NCBI GenBank assembly: GCA_965203175.1
Contig: OZ241867.1
Coordinates: 4,672,001 to 4,736,000, forward strand
Direction of reading: 5' to 3'
Source of the DNA: Candidatus Latescibacterota bacterium
GTDB lineage: Bacteria; Latescibacterota; UBA2968; UBA8231
Length of the DNA: 64,000 bases
Positions within the stretch are counted from its first letter, which is position 1, and the number at the start of each line of letters is the position of its first letter. Under the pieces are notes generated by a model, which saw nothing but the letters and a program-made list of their open reading frames with translations, searched no databases and was not told the origin of the DNA. A program made the translations under genes and the position numbers. Shown here piece after piece: positions 8,819-17,826 of this stretch.

Positions 8819-9442
8819 TCACTGCCAATCAAAGGGCTCGGCGTCTGGGTACTCCTTTTTATACTCAGCCATTTCTTTCTTGTCTAGCGCGTACCACTCA
8901 TCGTACGGATAACGGCGGAAAAATTCCCCTATACGCTCGCGGAAATGCTCATCGGCGATAGGGTTTAGTCGCCCACGCCTTAATGATAAAAGATTCTCCA
9001 AGTCCTCACGAGGGACACGGAGTGTCACAAGAAAATCAACCGCCATCTTATCGGAGAACCCCAGTTGATCGCTGGGAGGCAGATAGAACCACTTCTGATT
9101 AAGCCGTGCATGTTGGGTAAGAAGATTCTTCCAACTCTTGGCAGACTTCGTATCCTTGCTCTTTCTCTCCACGTCACGGAATTTTCGGATTTCACATAGT
9201 GTAATGTCTCTGCTGTGGGAAGCATCACAGTCTTGAGTAGCGACGATTGAAGCTACAGAGCGAGCAGACACAATGATGTCGACAGGACTGCTCTGATTCG
9301 CCAATTCCTCCCACTTTGTAACTCGCTCACCTTCTTCATCCGCGAGCAAAATTCGTTCAAGGGAAAGATCGATTCGAGGGAGTCCGATGAAAATATCTCC
9401 TTGGCGGATCGATGCAGTTTGATCGGGAAATTCGTAGATCAT
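8819..9442 (-). CDS. Hypothetical protein, possibly a PemK/MazF-like toxin fold
   Basis: IRQGDIF...IVATQDCD...FYLP...AVDF...RGRL pattern; ATGA-coupled to the upstream ORF. Confidence 0.55.
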   Translation of the reverse strand: MIYEFPDQTASIRQGDIFIGLPRIDLSLERILLADEEGERVTKWEELANQSSPVDIIVSARSVASIVATQDCDASHSRDITLCEIRKFRDVERKSKDTKSAKSWKNLLTQHARLNQKWFYLPPSDQLGFSDKMAVDFLVTLRVPREDLENLLSLRRGRLNPIADEHFRERIGEFFRRYPYDEWYALDKKEMAEYKKEYPDAEPFDWQ

Positions 9443-9819
9443 TTGTCCTCATCCCACTGAATGCCTCGTTCCGCCTCCCACTCGGCCAGTTGGATACGTT
9501 CCTGTTCAGCGTTTTCGATAATTTGACGAGCGATTTGCAGTGCTTCTGTACGCGAGATTGGCCTTCCTATCACCCCGTCAAAAGCCAAGGAGATCGTGGA
9601 TACATCGCGTCTCCGTCTGTCCCAAAACCAGTAGTCGGGAGCAGCGGTAGCAGGGGATGCCGCAGTTACCAGAACTATTCCTGCAATCTGCCCAAGTCGA
9701 TAGAAATTCCAGCGAGTCTCTGGCCTTTTGACATGGCTTTTGCTCCAAGCGTCCGATGAGGCAATATCCGTTTCTGACAATTCTACTTGAAGATCTATAG
9801 TTGCAAGATCGTTACTCAC
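9439..9819 (-). CDS. Small hypothetical protein (middle gene of the triad)
   Basis: Overlaps both neighbours (8 bp and 4 bp), indicating translational coupling; charged helical C-terminus. Confidence 0.65.
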   Translation of the reverse strand: MSNDLATIDLQVELSETDIASSDAWSKSHVKRPETRWNFYRLGQIAGIVLVTAASPATAAPDYWFWDRRRRDVSTISLAFDGVIGRPISRTEALQIARQIIENAEQERIQLAEWEAERGIQWDEDK

Positions 9820-10585
9820 CGGAGAACCTCTCTTTCAGTTCGCCATCAATCAATCTAAAGAACCAGTCGTCTATTAAGTTATGAGCCTCCTCTAGCCACT
9901 TCGGAAAGCCATTAGGTATTGCAGGAATATGTCCTGCTTGAACCAAAGTCTCCCATATCAAGGCTGGCTGGCTCATATGGCTCCCAATGGCAAATCGCAA
10001 AGCAATAATGCCAACAGGGTCATTGGTGGGAAAAGACATATGCCAGTTAAACTCCGTCGGATTTTTCTTAACTCGTTCATTGATGAACAGATCATCGGGT
10101 AAGGAGATGGTTGTCTTCATTTTGTCCTTAAGAAAATTGAAGACACTCTCCTGATTAAAGTCTACATCCACAGCATCTATATAGCGAAGTGTTAAACCTT
10201 GAACCTTGAAGTCCTCCTTAGCCGGATGGGCGTCAAGTAAGCTTTCGACGGCCTGGGCACAACGCTGCTTAAAATCGTCCCATGTGTAGCCCTCGGTTTC
10301 GTTCACAGTCATAAGTCCAGGACCAACTTGGATGAGTGGCCATCCATCTTCTGAAACCCGAAAACGATGCTGTGCCATATGAGCTACCATAGAGTCGGGA
10401 ATTTGGGTGGTTGGAAGCGGCTCATGAAAGGGATAGTCGCTCTCCACCTTTTCTGAAAAGCGCCCAAGCAACAGCCTGTAATGAGGGTCTGCCTCAATTT
10501 TCGAAGCCGTTTGAGCAGGCAATTCCCATTTAAATTCTAAAATCGCTTCAACCAATGGCTTGTTCTTCAATTCTTTCTCACTCAC
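9812..10585 (-). CDS. TIGR04255-family protein
   Basis: LKNKPLVEAILEFKW...RFR...LIQVGPG...YTWDDF...LTLRYID...AHNLIDDWF matches this family as I recall it. Confidence 0.8.
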   Translation of the reverse strand: MSEKELKNKPLVEAILEFKWELPAQTASKIEADPHYRLLLGRFSEKVESDYPFHEPLPTTQIPDSMVAHMAQHRFRVSEDGWPLIQVGPGLMTVNETEGYTWDDFKQRCAQAVESLLDAHPAKEDFKVQGLTLRYIDAVDVDFNQESVFNFLKDKMKTTISLPDDLFINERVKKNPTEFNWHMSFPTNDPVGIIALRFAIGSHMSQPALIWETLVQAGHIPAIPNGFPKWLEEAHNLIDDWFFRLIDGELKERFSGE

Positions 10586-10661
10586 TTTGCTCTCCCCTCT
10601 TGGGCATTTCGATTTTCGTCGGACAAAGGTATTCCCTAATTATATGAATCATATAAAGATA

Positions 10662-10895
10662 TATCTGTTCCCCCGGACGGGAGACCGCTTGGTCATACCA
10701 CATGAGGAGATTGGAATCCTCTTGAAGAACCGTCTCCGGAATTTTCTTGATCAGCTATTATAGTGGCCTAGTCGTGCTCCTGCAACGCGGTGGTTTTACC
10801 TGCGACTGTCGATACGAGATAAACACCAGCCGATTCTAAAGACCGGCGGCCGGTCCTATCTTCCACATGATCTGATCGGCAAGGGAGTCCGCCAT
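10662..10895 (-). pseudogene. Decayed TIR-domain-like gene remnant
   Basis: Single frame from ATG 10895 (SD ggagaaagg): MADSLADQIMWKIGPAAGL*NRLVFISYRQSQVKPPRCRSTTRPL**LIKKIPETVLQEDSNLLMWYDQAVSRPGEQI. It has FISY...WxD...PG TIR motifs and three in-frame stops. Confidence 0.55.
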
Positions 10896-10931
10896 CACCT
10901 TTCTCCTGTGGGTTTCAATCTCCGTCTGATC

Positions 10932-11996
10932 CTAGCCCTCCGGCTGCATGTCCTCGCCGCGCAGCAGGAAGGCGCGGATGTCGTAGCGGCCCGGGCGCTC
11001 TACCGGCAAATCCCCCGCCTCGATCATCACCTCCAGCGGCGAAGCCATCGTCCGCAAGGGCAACGCCGTCACCTCGTGTAACCGCGCCGACTCGTACGTG
11101 GCCATAATGATCTCCACTGCCGCCCGGCCATTTTCCGCTTGGCCGCGATGCTCGACCTTGCCTTCAATCCACTCCACGATCTCGCGCTGCTGCCCAACGC
11201 TGGGGTCCTCGCCCTCGCCCTGACGCTCTTCCCAAGTGCCGGTCTTGCTGTTGAGCAGCCGCACCTTGCTCTCGTCGAGTTCAATTATGCCCTCCGAACC
11301 GTAGAAAACCCCGCCTTGGTAATTCGGGCCGGCCAATTCCTGCAAAAGCTGGCCAATGGCCCCATTGTCAAATTGTACCACGCACAGGCTGCGATCCTCA
11401 ATGGGAATGTCGCGCTCAAAGCGCTCGGTCTTGCGCTCGATATTGCCCATCACCCACACCGCCTGCGGATCGCCCATCACATAGCGCATCATGTCCAACA
11501 GATGCGAGCAATCGTTGAGCAAGCCCTGTCCGCCGCGCGCATTGACCTGCTGCACCTCGCCGATGGCCCCTTCTGCCACCAGTTCCTTGGCCAAAGTCCA
11601 CGCCGGGTTGAAGCGGCGCTGATGAGCAATGGCCAGCTTGACATGGTTGCGCCGGGCGGCGATCAGCATGTCGTCGCAATCGCCTAGACTAGTCGCCATG
11701 GGCTTTTCGCACAGCACGGCTTTGGGCTTGCGCGCGCAAGCGGCAATCGTCATCGGCGCATGCAACTTGTGCCAAGTACACACCGAGACGATGTCGAGCG
11801 CCTCCTCGTCGAGCATCTGGCGGCAATCCTCGTAGCGTTGAGCGATCCCGTGTCGCTCGCCGAATTCCTCCCGCGCCGCAGCCACCGGATCGGCCAGCGC
11901 CACCACCTCGACTCGGTCCACTCCGTTCCAACCGTTCATGTGGTAGTGGGCAATGCCGCCGCAGCCGATAATGCCCACTCGGTACTTTTCTGCCAT
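10932..11996 (-). CDS. Gfo/Idh/MocA-family oxidoreductase
   Basis: VGIIGCGGIA, VLCEKPMA, HQRRF, HLLD. Confidence 0.9.
   Translation of the reverse strand: MAEKYRVGIIGCGGIAHYHMNGWNGVDRVEVVALADPVAAAREEFGERHGIAQRYEDCRQMLDEEALDIVSVCTWHKLHAPMTIAACARKPKAVLCEKPMATSLGDCDDMLIAARRNHVKLAIAHQRRFNPAWTLAKELVAEGAIGEVQQVNARGGQGLLNDCSHLLDMMRYVMGDPQAVWVMGNIERKTERFERDIPIEDRSLCVVQFDNGAIGQLLQELAGPNYQGGVFYGSEGIIELDESKVRLLNSKTGTWEERQGEGEDPSVGQQREIVEWIEGKVEHRGQAENGRAAVEIIMATYESARLHEVTALPLRTMASPLEVMIEAGDLPVERPGRYDIRAFLLRGEDMQPEG
10933..10963 (+). repeat. 31-bp direct repeat, copy within the intact gene 3' end
   Basis: Matches 8748-8778 with one mismatch. Confidence 0.92.
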
Positions 11997-12030
11997 GTCG
12001 TCTTCCTTTGTTGGAGGTTAGCTATCTGTG

Positions 12031-13983
12031 TTAGTTGATCCAATCGACAATCGCATCCTCGCTCATCCCCTCGGCTTCGACCACGAGCTGCGTTCCCTTA
12101 CCTGCCGCCCGATAGCATCGCCTAGCGACGCGCTCCGGGAAATGATCTCCGGCCCCGTGCACCAACAGCCGCCCTGGCGCGCACAACGCCAGCGCCGTCC
12201 GCACATCGCCCAACGCGCGAATCCCCGGCGCAAAAAGCGCTCCAGTCCACGCTTCGTCACCTCCCAGATCGCGACCATCCCAGTCCACCGCAGTGCTGCT
12301 GACGCCGCTAATCAGCGCCCGCGCAAACAGGCACCAGATGCCGGCCTCGCCCTGACCAACGAGGTCGCGCTTGCCCACGCGCAGGTGCTGGTCCAGATAG
12401 GCCAAACCCGTGAGGATGTCCTGCACCCTGCAAGCCATCGTCGCCTGATTGTACGTGTGGTACAGAGGATCCATCTCGTCGTGCCCCTCCCTCTCTGTTC
12501 CATCGGTCAGGAAGGGAGCGACGATCAGTACAGCTCCTCCTGCCTGCAACAAACCCCGCGCCAGCGCCCCCGGCTCAGCGCCGTCCCAATTCGCGTCAGC
12601 AATCAGCGTCGCTGGCACCTTGCCTTGGGGACCTCGCGGAAGAAAAAACGCCGCTCGCACCCGCTCTCCCCGGCCCACGCGCCCCAAGACCAGATTCTCG
12701 GCCACATAGCCCTCCTCCCGCCGAAATCCCAAACTCTCGACTGCTACTTGAGGCGCGGCATCCACTCCGAGCAGACTTGCCAGTGCCGGGAGCGTCTCCC
12801 ACTGGAAGCGCCGAATGCGGGCCGATGCCAATCTCGCGCCCAAGCGCTTCTCGCTGCGAGCGATCAAGGCGTCAAAGACCCCTTGTGCGTCGAGCGCATG
12901 AGCCGGTTTTTTGCGTCCGCTGAACACCAGCAAATCCTCGTCCTTCTCTACGGTAAACGGCTGTTCGGCGACCTTCCCTTGCCCACCGAGCAGGTGGCAC
13001 TTGAAAAACGCGTACACCGCTTCGCGGCTCGGCTGGTTGTAGTTGTGCGGGGCATCTATCTGCACCTCGCTCACCTTGTTTTGCGCCCCGTAGAGACCGT
13101 AGATCGCACGCACCGCCGGGAACTCAACCTCTGGCGTATTCGCCGTCCAATCCCCGGTACACGACACCATCAACAAGGGCCTCGGTGCCATGCAGCTCGC
13201 GATTTCTACATTGTTGATGTCTAGCCGCAGGTGCCCCTGATTCTCGCAGCGACAGCCGCCCTGCATAAAGGCCGAGACCATGTTGACGGGAGCCGCCGCC
13301 TTGATCCGCTCGTCAACTGCCATCAGCAAAAAGGTCTGCGTCCCCCCACCAGAGGCACCCGTGCAGCCAATGCGCTCGGCATCTACATCCGTCAGCGATG
13401 CGAGGAAGTCAACCACCCGAATGCTGTTCCACAGTTGCAAGCTCAGCGCGCCGATTCCCCACAAAGCCTCGCGCCGCCCCCCAATCTCCCGATGCACGAA
13501 TTGGTCGCTGTCGTTGTACCCAACCATGTCGTACGAAAAGGCCACCATGCCCTGCCGTGCAAAGTTGATGCAGCGCCCAGCAATTGATCCCAACTCGGTG
13601 TTTTCCAAACGCCCGTGCTCCCAGTGGCCGTGCGGACAGGCAAGCGCCGGGAAAGGGCCCTCGTCTAGCGGCCGGTACAGATTGCCACAGACGAAAAAAC
13701 CGGGCAAGCTCTCGAAAAAAACCTTTTCCACCGCATAGCCATCCCGTTCAATCCGCCCGAAGACCTGCGCCTTGAGCGGGGTCTTCGCCGGCAGCGGCCA
13801 CAATCCCGCACAGACGAGAATGTGCCGACGAATCGCCGCCGCCCGCTGTTCCCACTCCGCCAGCGTCCGATAGCGGCGCAAGGCCCAAGGCGTACTAACG
13901 TGTTTGGCTGCGCCCAGCCGTGTATCCATTTCCAAACTCCTTTTGTTGAGATAGGTAGGGTGCCACTGGTAGATCCTCTTCAT
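12031..13983 (-). CDS. Alpha/beta-hydrolase, acetylxylan esterase-like, with a degenerate second hydrolase domain
   Basis: CPHGH, YDMVGY, GASGGGTQ nucleophile elbow, HNYN. Confidence 0.8.
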   Translation of the reverse strand: MKRIYQWHPTYLNKRSLEMDTRLGAAKHVSTPWALRRYRTLAEWEQRAAAIRRHILVCAGLWPLPAKTPLKAQVFGRIERDGYAVEKVFFESLPGFFVCGNLYRPLDEGPFPALACPHGHWEHGRLENTELGSIAGRCINFARQGMVAFSYDMVGYNDSDQFVHREIGGRREALWGIGALSLQLWNSIRVVDFLASLTDVDAERIGCTGASGGGTQTFLLMAVDERIKAAAPVNMVSAFMQGGCRCENQGHLRLDINNVEIASCMAPRPLLMVSCTGDWTANTPEVEFPAVRAIYGLYGAQNKVSEVQIDAPHNYNQPSREAVYAFFKCHLLGGQGKVAEQPFTVEKDEDLLVFSGRKKPAHALDAQGVFDALIARSEKRLGARLASARIRRFQWETLPALASLLGVDAAPQVAVESLGFRREEGYVAENLVLGRVGRGERVRAAFFLPRGPQGKVPATLIADANWDGAEPGALARGLLQAGGAVLIVAPFLTDGTEREGHDEMDPLYHTYNQATMACRVQDILTGLAYLDQHLRVGKRDLVGQGEAGIWCLFARALISGVSSTAVDWDGRDLGGDEAWTGALFAPGIRALGDVRTALALCAPGRLLVHGAGDHFPERVARRCYRAAGKGTQLVVEAEGMSEDAIVDWIN

Positions 13984-14027
13984 TTATTGAAGCTGCCGCT
14001 CAGGAGAGCTTTTGCGTTGGACCGTTT

Positions 14028-15995
14028 TCACACCCAGTAGAGCCCGTGCCCCTGTTCGCCCGTGATCAGGTCGACGATCAGCCAAAAAGCGATAACAGCG
14101 AACTGACCGAGGATAAGTCCCAGAAAAAAAGGCCGCACGGCCTTGAGCACCCGGGGGCCGCCGTAGCGCATCAACACGGCCTTGAACAACCACACTAAAA
14201 AGACACTGAACCAGATGTGGCGAGTCAGCATCATCTGCGAGACGGCCAAGCCTATGGGGTGGATGGGGAAGGTCAGCAGGTGACTGCGGATCCAGTAGAG
14301 GGCGGTCATGACCGCCCCGCCCAAAGCCATCAGGCCCAAGCCGCTGTAATCTGGTCCAGCCGGATCGCGCAGATAACTGGCCGCAAAGTCAACGGTGTAG
14401 CGGGGGCCGCTGAGGAAGAACCAAGTATTGGCGTTGTTGGCACCGCTCTCGTAGGCGTAGTACAGGGTCGTCCACACCGATACGCCCAGACTCAGGACCA
14501 CGGCCAGTATCATGCTGCCCAGGACCAAGCCTTTGTTGCGGATCGATTCGGTCAGCTTGAGGCCGTTGGCCGCCGCAGCCATGACAAAGGTGCGCACATC
14601 GCTCATCCACACCTGGCCGAAGGAAAGCACGCCTATGGTGCCGGGGGCACCCAGCACCTGGGTACCGAAAAAACTGCGGACCACCGTGGGGGTGATCAAT
14701 TGAGCTCGGGTGGCGGCCAAGCCCGATTCGCAGAGAATGCGGGTGATACCCAGAAAGGTGAGCGAAGCCATCAGCACAAAAGTAAGGGCGGCCCACCAAG
14801 GCACCCCGATGGCAATAAACCATCCGGTCATCAGCGCCAAGCCCAGAAACAGTTGCAGATAAACGGCCCTAGCCGAAAAATCGGCGCTAGAGGCAGTTTC
14901 CGGACGCAGGGCCGCCTTCCAGCTCTGCCGCAGGTACCGACGGGCAATCCACAGGGTGTGCCCCACCAAGGCCATGAGGGCACCGAACTGGACGAAGGCC
15001 ATGATCGGACCGCCATCGCTCTGCGAGTAGATATCGAGATCGAGGGTACGGGTGAGGCCGATAATGCTGAAATAGCCTTTGATTATGTAGCCCAGCAAAT
15101 AAAAAAACCAGACGCTGAGCGCCACTTCCTGGTGAATGAGGTAGGCAAAGCCCATCATGGGGAAACTGAGATTGATGGTCAGGTTCTCCATGCCGTGGAA
15201 AACAGGTACGCTGGTGTTGAGGACGATGCGGGGGAAGAAGTGGAAGTAGGCGTTGAGGCCGTTGAGCGAAGTGACGATGAAGGGGACGGCAAAGCCGCTC
15301 CACATCACCGGATTGCGAAAAAAGGAATTGAGCGCGCGACCGGGCTCCTGGTTGCCCATCACCAGGGGCAGTTGGGCCAATGGATAGGCCAAGCGCTCGT
15401 ATTCGATCCACTGGCGGCGGAAGAGAATGGCCAGCGCGATCATGACCATGTACAGGCCCAACAAGACTGGCAGCCAGTTCAGCAGGGGGCGGATCCAGGC
15501 CATCCAAGGAATGGGCTGGTCGCGGGCAATGCCCTCGTAAAAGCCGCGGATGACGTCCTCGCCTTGGGGCACCAGCCAGTGCGGCACAAAGGGATGAATG
15601 AGTTCGGCCCATTGGTTTTCGGGGGAGGCCATATAGGAAATCGCCGGCAGGATGGGAATCAGGTACAGGGTCAGCCCCATGGTGCATATAGAACAAGAAA
15701 TGGCCGCCATCACATAGGCAATGGCCAGTTCCCCCGAAGACAGGGCTAGGTAGGGGAGGAAACGGCGCAGCAGACCATTGACGAACAGGGCGAGGAAAAA
15801 CAGCAGGAAAACTGCGGCCGCGGTGGTAAAGTCAATAGTCAGGTAGGAACCGCGCACCACCAAGCTATTATAAGGCCCCCAAAAAGCGACTAGAACGCTC
15901 AAGACCGTCCCCACGGACAAAGCCCAGAGCGGACGGACGGGGGCCGGGGTCAATGGATGGGCGTTGGCGACCACGGCCCTACCAGTTTCTGCCAC
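14028..15995 (-). CDS. DUF6785/DUF6784-type polytopic membrane protein (putative transporter)
   Basis: Many hydrophobic segments; RRQWIEYERLAYPLAQLP, ESG, PIHPIG, RYGG...PFFLGLILG. Paralog at 48370..50364. Confidence 0.75.
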   Translation of the reverse strand: MAETGRAVVANAHPLTPAPVRPLWALSVGTVLSVLVAFWGPYNSLVVRGSYLTIDFTTAAAVFLLFFLALFVNGLLRRFLPYLALSSGELAIAYVMAAISCSICTMGLTLYLIPILPAISYMASPENQWAELIHPFVPHWLVPQGEDVIRGFYEGIARDQPIPWMAWIRPLLNWLPVLLGLYMVMIALAILFRRQWIEYERLAYPLAQLPLVMGNQEPGRALNSFFRNPVMWSGFAVPFIVTSLNGLNAYFHFFPRIVLNTSVPVFHGMENLTINLSFPMMGFAYLIHQEVALSVWFFYLLGYIIKGYFSIIGLTRTLDLDIYSQSDGGPIMAFVQFGALMALVGHTLWIARRYLRQSWKAALRPETASSADFSARAVYLQLFLGLALMTGWFIAIGVPWWAALTFVLMASLTFLGITRILCESGLAATRAQLITPTVVRSFFGTQVLGAPGTIGVLSFGQVWMSDVRTFVMAAAANGLKLTESIRNKGLVLGSMILAVVLSLGVSVWTTLYYAYESGANNANTWFFLSGPRYTVDFAASYLRDPAGPDYSGLGLMALGGAVMTALYWIRSHLLTFPIHPIGLAVSQMMLTRHIWFSVFLVWLFKAVLMRYGGPRVLKAVRPFFLGLILGQFAVIAFWLIVDLITGEQGHGLYWV

Positions 15996-16188
15996 TGTAG
16001 GATAGGCACTGATTTGAACGTCTCGCGCATACCATAAAAAATCACCGTGGGACTGACGGCTTCAGCCGTTCAGGGGGATAGGTGTTGACTTCTTGACGGA
16101 CGAGCAACGCACTAGGCGTTTGTCTGTCCAGGAAAGAAGTTAAAAGAAAGCCAATTAATTTGTTGACAGTGAACAAGTCTTTTAGTGA

Positions 16189-16593
16189 GTTGACTGTACG
16201 ACAAACAAACGCAAAACGGCAGGCTGCACCCACCAGATTCAATATCATCTTGTCTGGTGTCCCAAGTATCGGCGCGGCGTCCTGACGGGCGACATCGCAT
16301 CTGCGCTGGATGAGTTGCTTCACACCAAGGCGTCCGAACTCGGCGTTGAAATCCTCTCGCTGGCAATCCGTTCTGATCACGTGCATCTGTTCGTTACCGG
16401 AACGCCCGTCATGGCTGTCAATCAACTCGTGCGGCACTTCAAAGGCTACACCGCCCACGAACTGAGAGCGCGTTTTCCTTCGCTCAAGACGCGGTTGCCG
16501 TCGCTATGGTCGCGCTCGTACTACGCCGATAGCATCGGGCAGGTCTCGGATGAAACGGTGCGCCGCTACATCGAAGCGCAGAAAGGCGTCTGA
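16189..16593 (+). CDS. tnpA: IS200-type Y1 (HUH) transposase TnpA; no canonical in-frame start upstream of the conserved N-terminus
   Basis: QYHLVWCPKYRR (upstream of the TTG called at 16315), DHVHLF, FKG, LWSRSYY, RYIEAQ. Confidence 0.85.
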   Translation, partial: VDCTTNKRKTAGCTHQIQYHLVWCPKYRRGVLTGDIASALDELLHTKASELGVEILSLAIRSDHVHLFVTGTPVMAVNQLVRHFKGYTAHELRARFPSLKTRLPSLWSRSYYADSIGQVSDETVRRYIEAQKGV

Positions 16594-17715
16594 ATGCAGC
16601 GTACGTATCAGTATCGCTTGTATCCCTACCAAGAGCAGGAAGATGCGCTCGACACGATCTTGCGTCAGTCCTGCTTGCTGTATAACGAGACGCTTAAGCA
16701 CCGGCGCGACGTGTACAAGTATACCGGCCAGTCTGTCAGCTATCCGGCTCAATGGGAACGCTTTCGCGAGGATCGCAAGGCGCGGCTGGAAGATTTCGGA
16801 TTGCTCAACGCTACGTCCGTCCAACAGCTTCTGCGCCGGCTGGACAAAACGTTTGTCGCTTTCTTCCGTCGTCTTAAAGATGGCGACAAGCCGGGCTTTC
16901 CGCGCTTTAAGCCAGCGCAGCGGTTTCGCTCGGTCGAGTACCGGCACGGCGACGGCTTGAAGCTGACAGGCGACCGGCTGCACGTCCAGCACGTCGGCGA
17001 GGTCAAGGTCAAGCTGCACCGCGACGTGCCCGAAGGATGCCTCCAGCACGTGGTCGTCACCCGCAAGGCAGGTAAGTGGTTCGTCAGCTTCCAAGGCGAC
17101 GACGGCAACGAGCCGGCCAAGCCGCGCACCGATGGCAAGGAGATCGGCATCGACATGGGACTGCACAGCCTGCTGGCTTGCTCGGACGGAACACTGATTA
17201 ATAATCCGCGCTGGCTGCGACGGTCGCTCAAGAAGCTGCGAAAAGCGCAACGAGCCTTGGCGCGCAAGACGCGCTTTAGTTGGCGCTGGTGGCAGTGCAA
17301 AAGGCGCGTGGAAGCGCTGCACGCCAAGATCGCCAACCAGCGCAAGGACTATCTGCACCGACTGACCTACCGCATGACGAAATCCTTTGCACGTATCGCC
17401 GTCGAAGACGTATCGCCGCGCTTTATGATTGCCAACCGGCATCTCGCGCTGAGTGCTTCCGACGCAAGCTGGGCGATGTTCCGCTCGATGCTCGACTACA
17501 AGGCTGAAAGGGCCGGTTGTGTGGTCCTCGAGGTGGACGCCAAGCACACATCGCAAGCCTGCTCGGGCTGTGGGCTTATCGAAAAGAAGCGGTTGTCGCA
17601 ACGATGGCACTCCTGCCGGTGTGGTACTGAACTGGACCGTGACGTCAACGCCGCGGTGAATATCTTGAACAAGGCTCGATGCGAGCCTACGGAACTCAAC
17701 GTAGCCTGCAGCTAG
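16594..17715 (+). CDS. tnpB: RNA-guided endonuclease TnpB
   Basis: YQYRLYP, GFPRFK; RuvC residues in GIDMG, AVED and DRDVNAA; Zn finger CSGCG...CRCG. Confidence 0.95.
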   Translation: MQRTYQYRLYPYQEQEDALDTILRQSCLLYNETLKHRRDVYKYTGQSVSYPAQWERFREDRKARLEDFGLLNATSVQQLLRRLDKTFVAFFRRLKDGDKPGFPRFKPAQRFRSVEYRHGDGLKLTGDRLHVQHVGEVKVKLHRDVPEGCLQHVVVTRKAGKWFVSFQGDDGNEPAKPRTDGKEIGIDMGLHSLLACSDGTLINNPRWLRRSLKKLRKAQRALARKTRFSWRWWQCKRRVEALHAKIANQRKDYLHRLTYRMTKSFARIAVEDVSPRFMIANRHLALSASDASWAMFRSMLDYKAERAGCVVLEVDAKHTSQACSGCGLIEKKRLSQRWHSCRCGTELDRDVNAAVNILNKARCEPTELNVACS

Positions 17716-17764
17716 GGCAAGCGTGTTCCGTGAAAGCTGACTGCTTTAGCTGTCAGTGGCTTAC
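17600..17764 (+). ncRNA. Putative TnpB omega/reRNA scaffold (5' boundary approximate)
   Basis: TnpB guide RNAs are known to derive from the tnpB 3' end and IS right end; the guide would begin at 17765 (agatatatccaagcag). Confidence 0.5.
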
Positions 17765-17826
17765 AGATATATCCAAGCAGAGAATTAGGGCAAGAAGGTA
17801 GCAAAAGAGGAGCTAAAGCACAGCCT

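Larger units (their letters stand above)
16036..17764 (+). mobile_element. IS200/IS605-family element (tnpA + tnpB)
   Basis: Left-end hairpin ctgacggc-ttca-gccgttcag (16053-16073) with guide GGGA and target CCAT (16032-16035). Right-end hairpin ctgactgc-ttta-gctgtcag (17737-17756) with guide AAAG and terminal TTAC (17761-17764). Confidence 0.9.

Noticed and set aside
10755-10838. Stop-codon recoding (pyrrolysine/readthrough) in the TIR-like frame
   Set aside because: The stops include adjacent TAA-TAG, and TAG is a normal terminator for many genes here; decay is the simpler explanation.
14217-15749. 510-aa plus-strand ORF and similar long shadow ORFs (12028..13224, 16504..17610, 33787..34896, 34182..35372, 37591..38874)
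   Set aside because: They overlap well-supported genes in another frame or strand, show no recognisable motifs, and are expected in GC-rich DNA.
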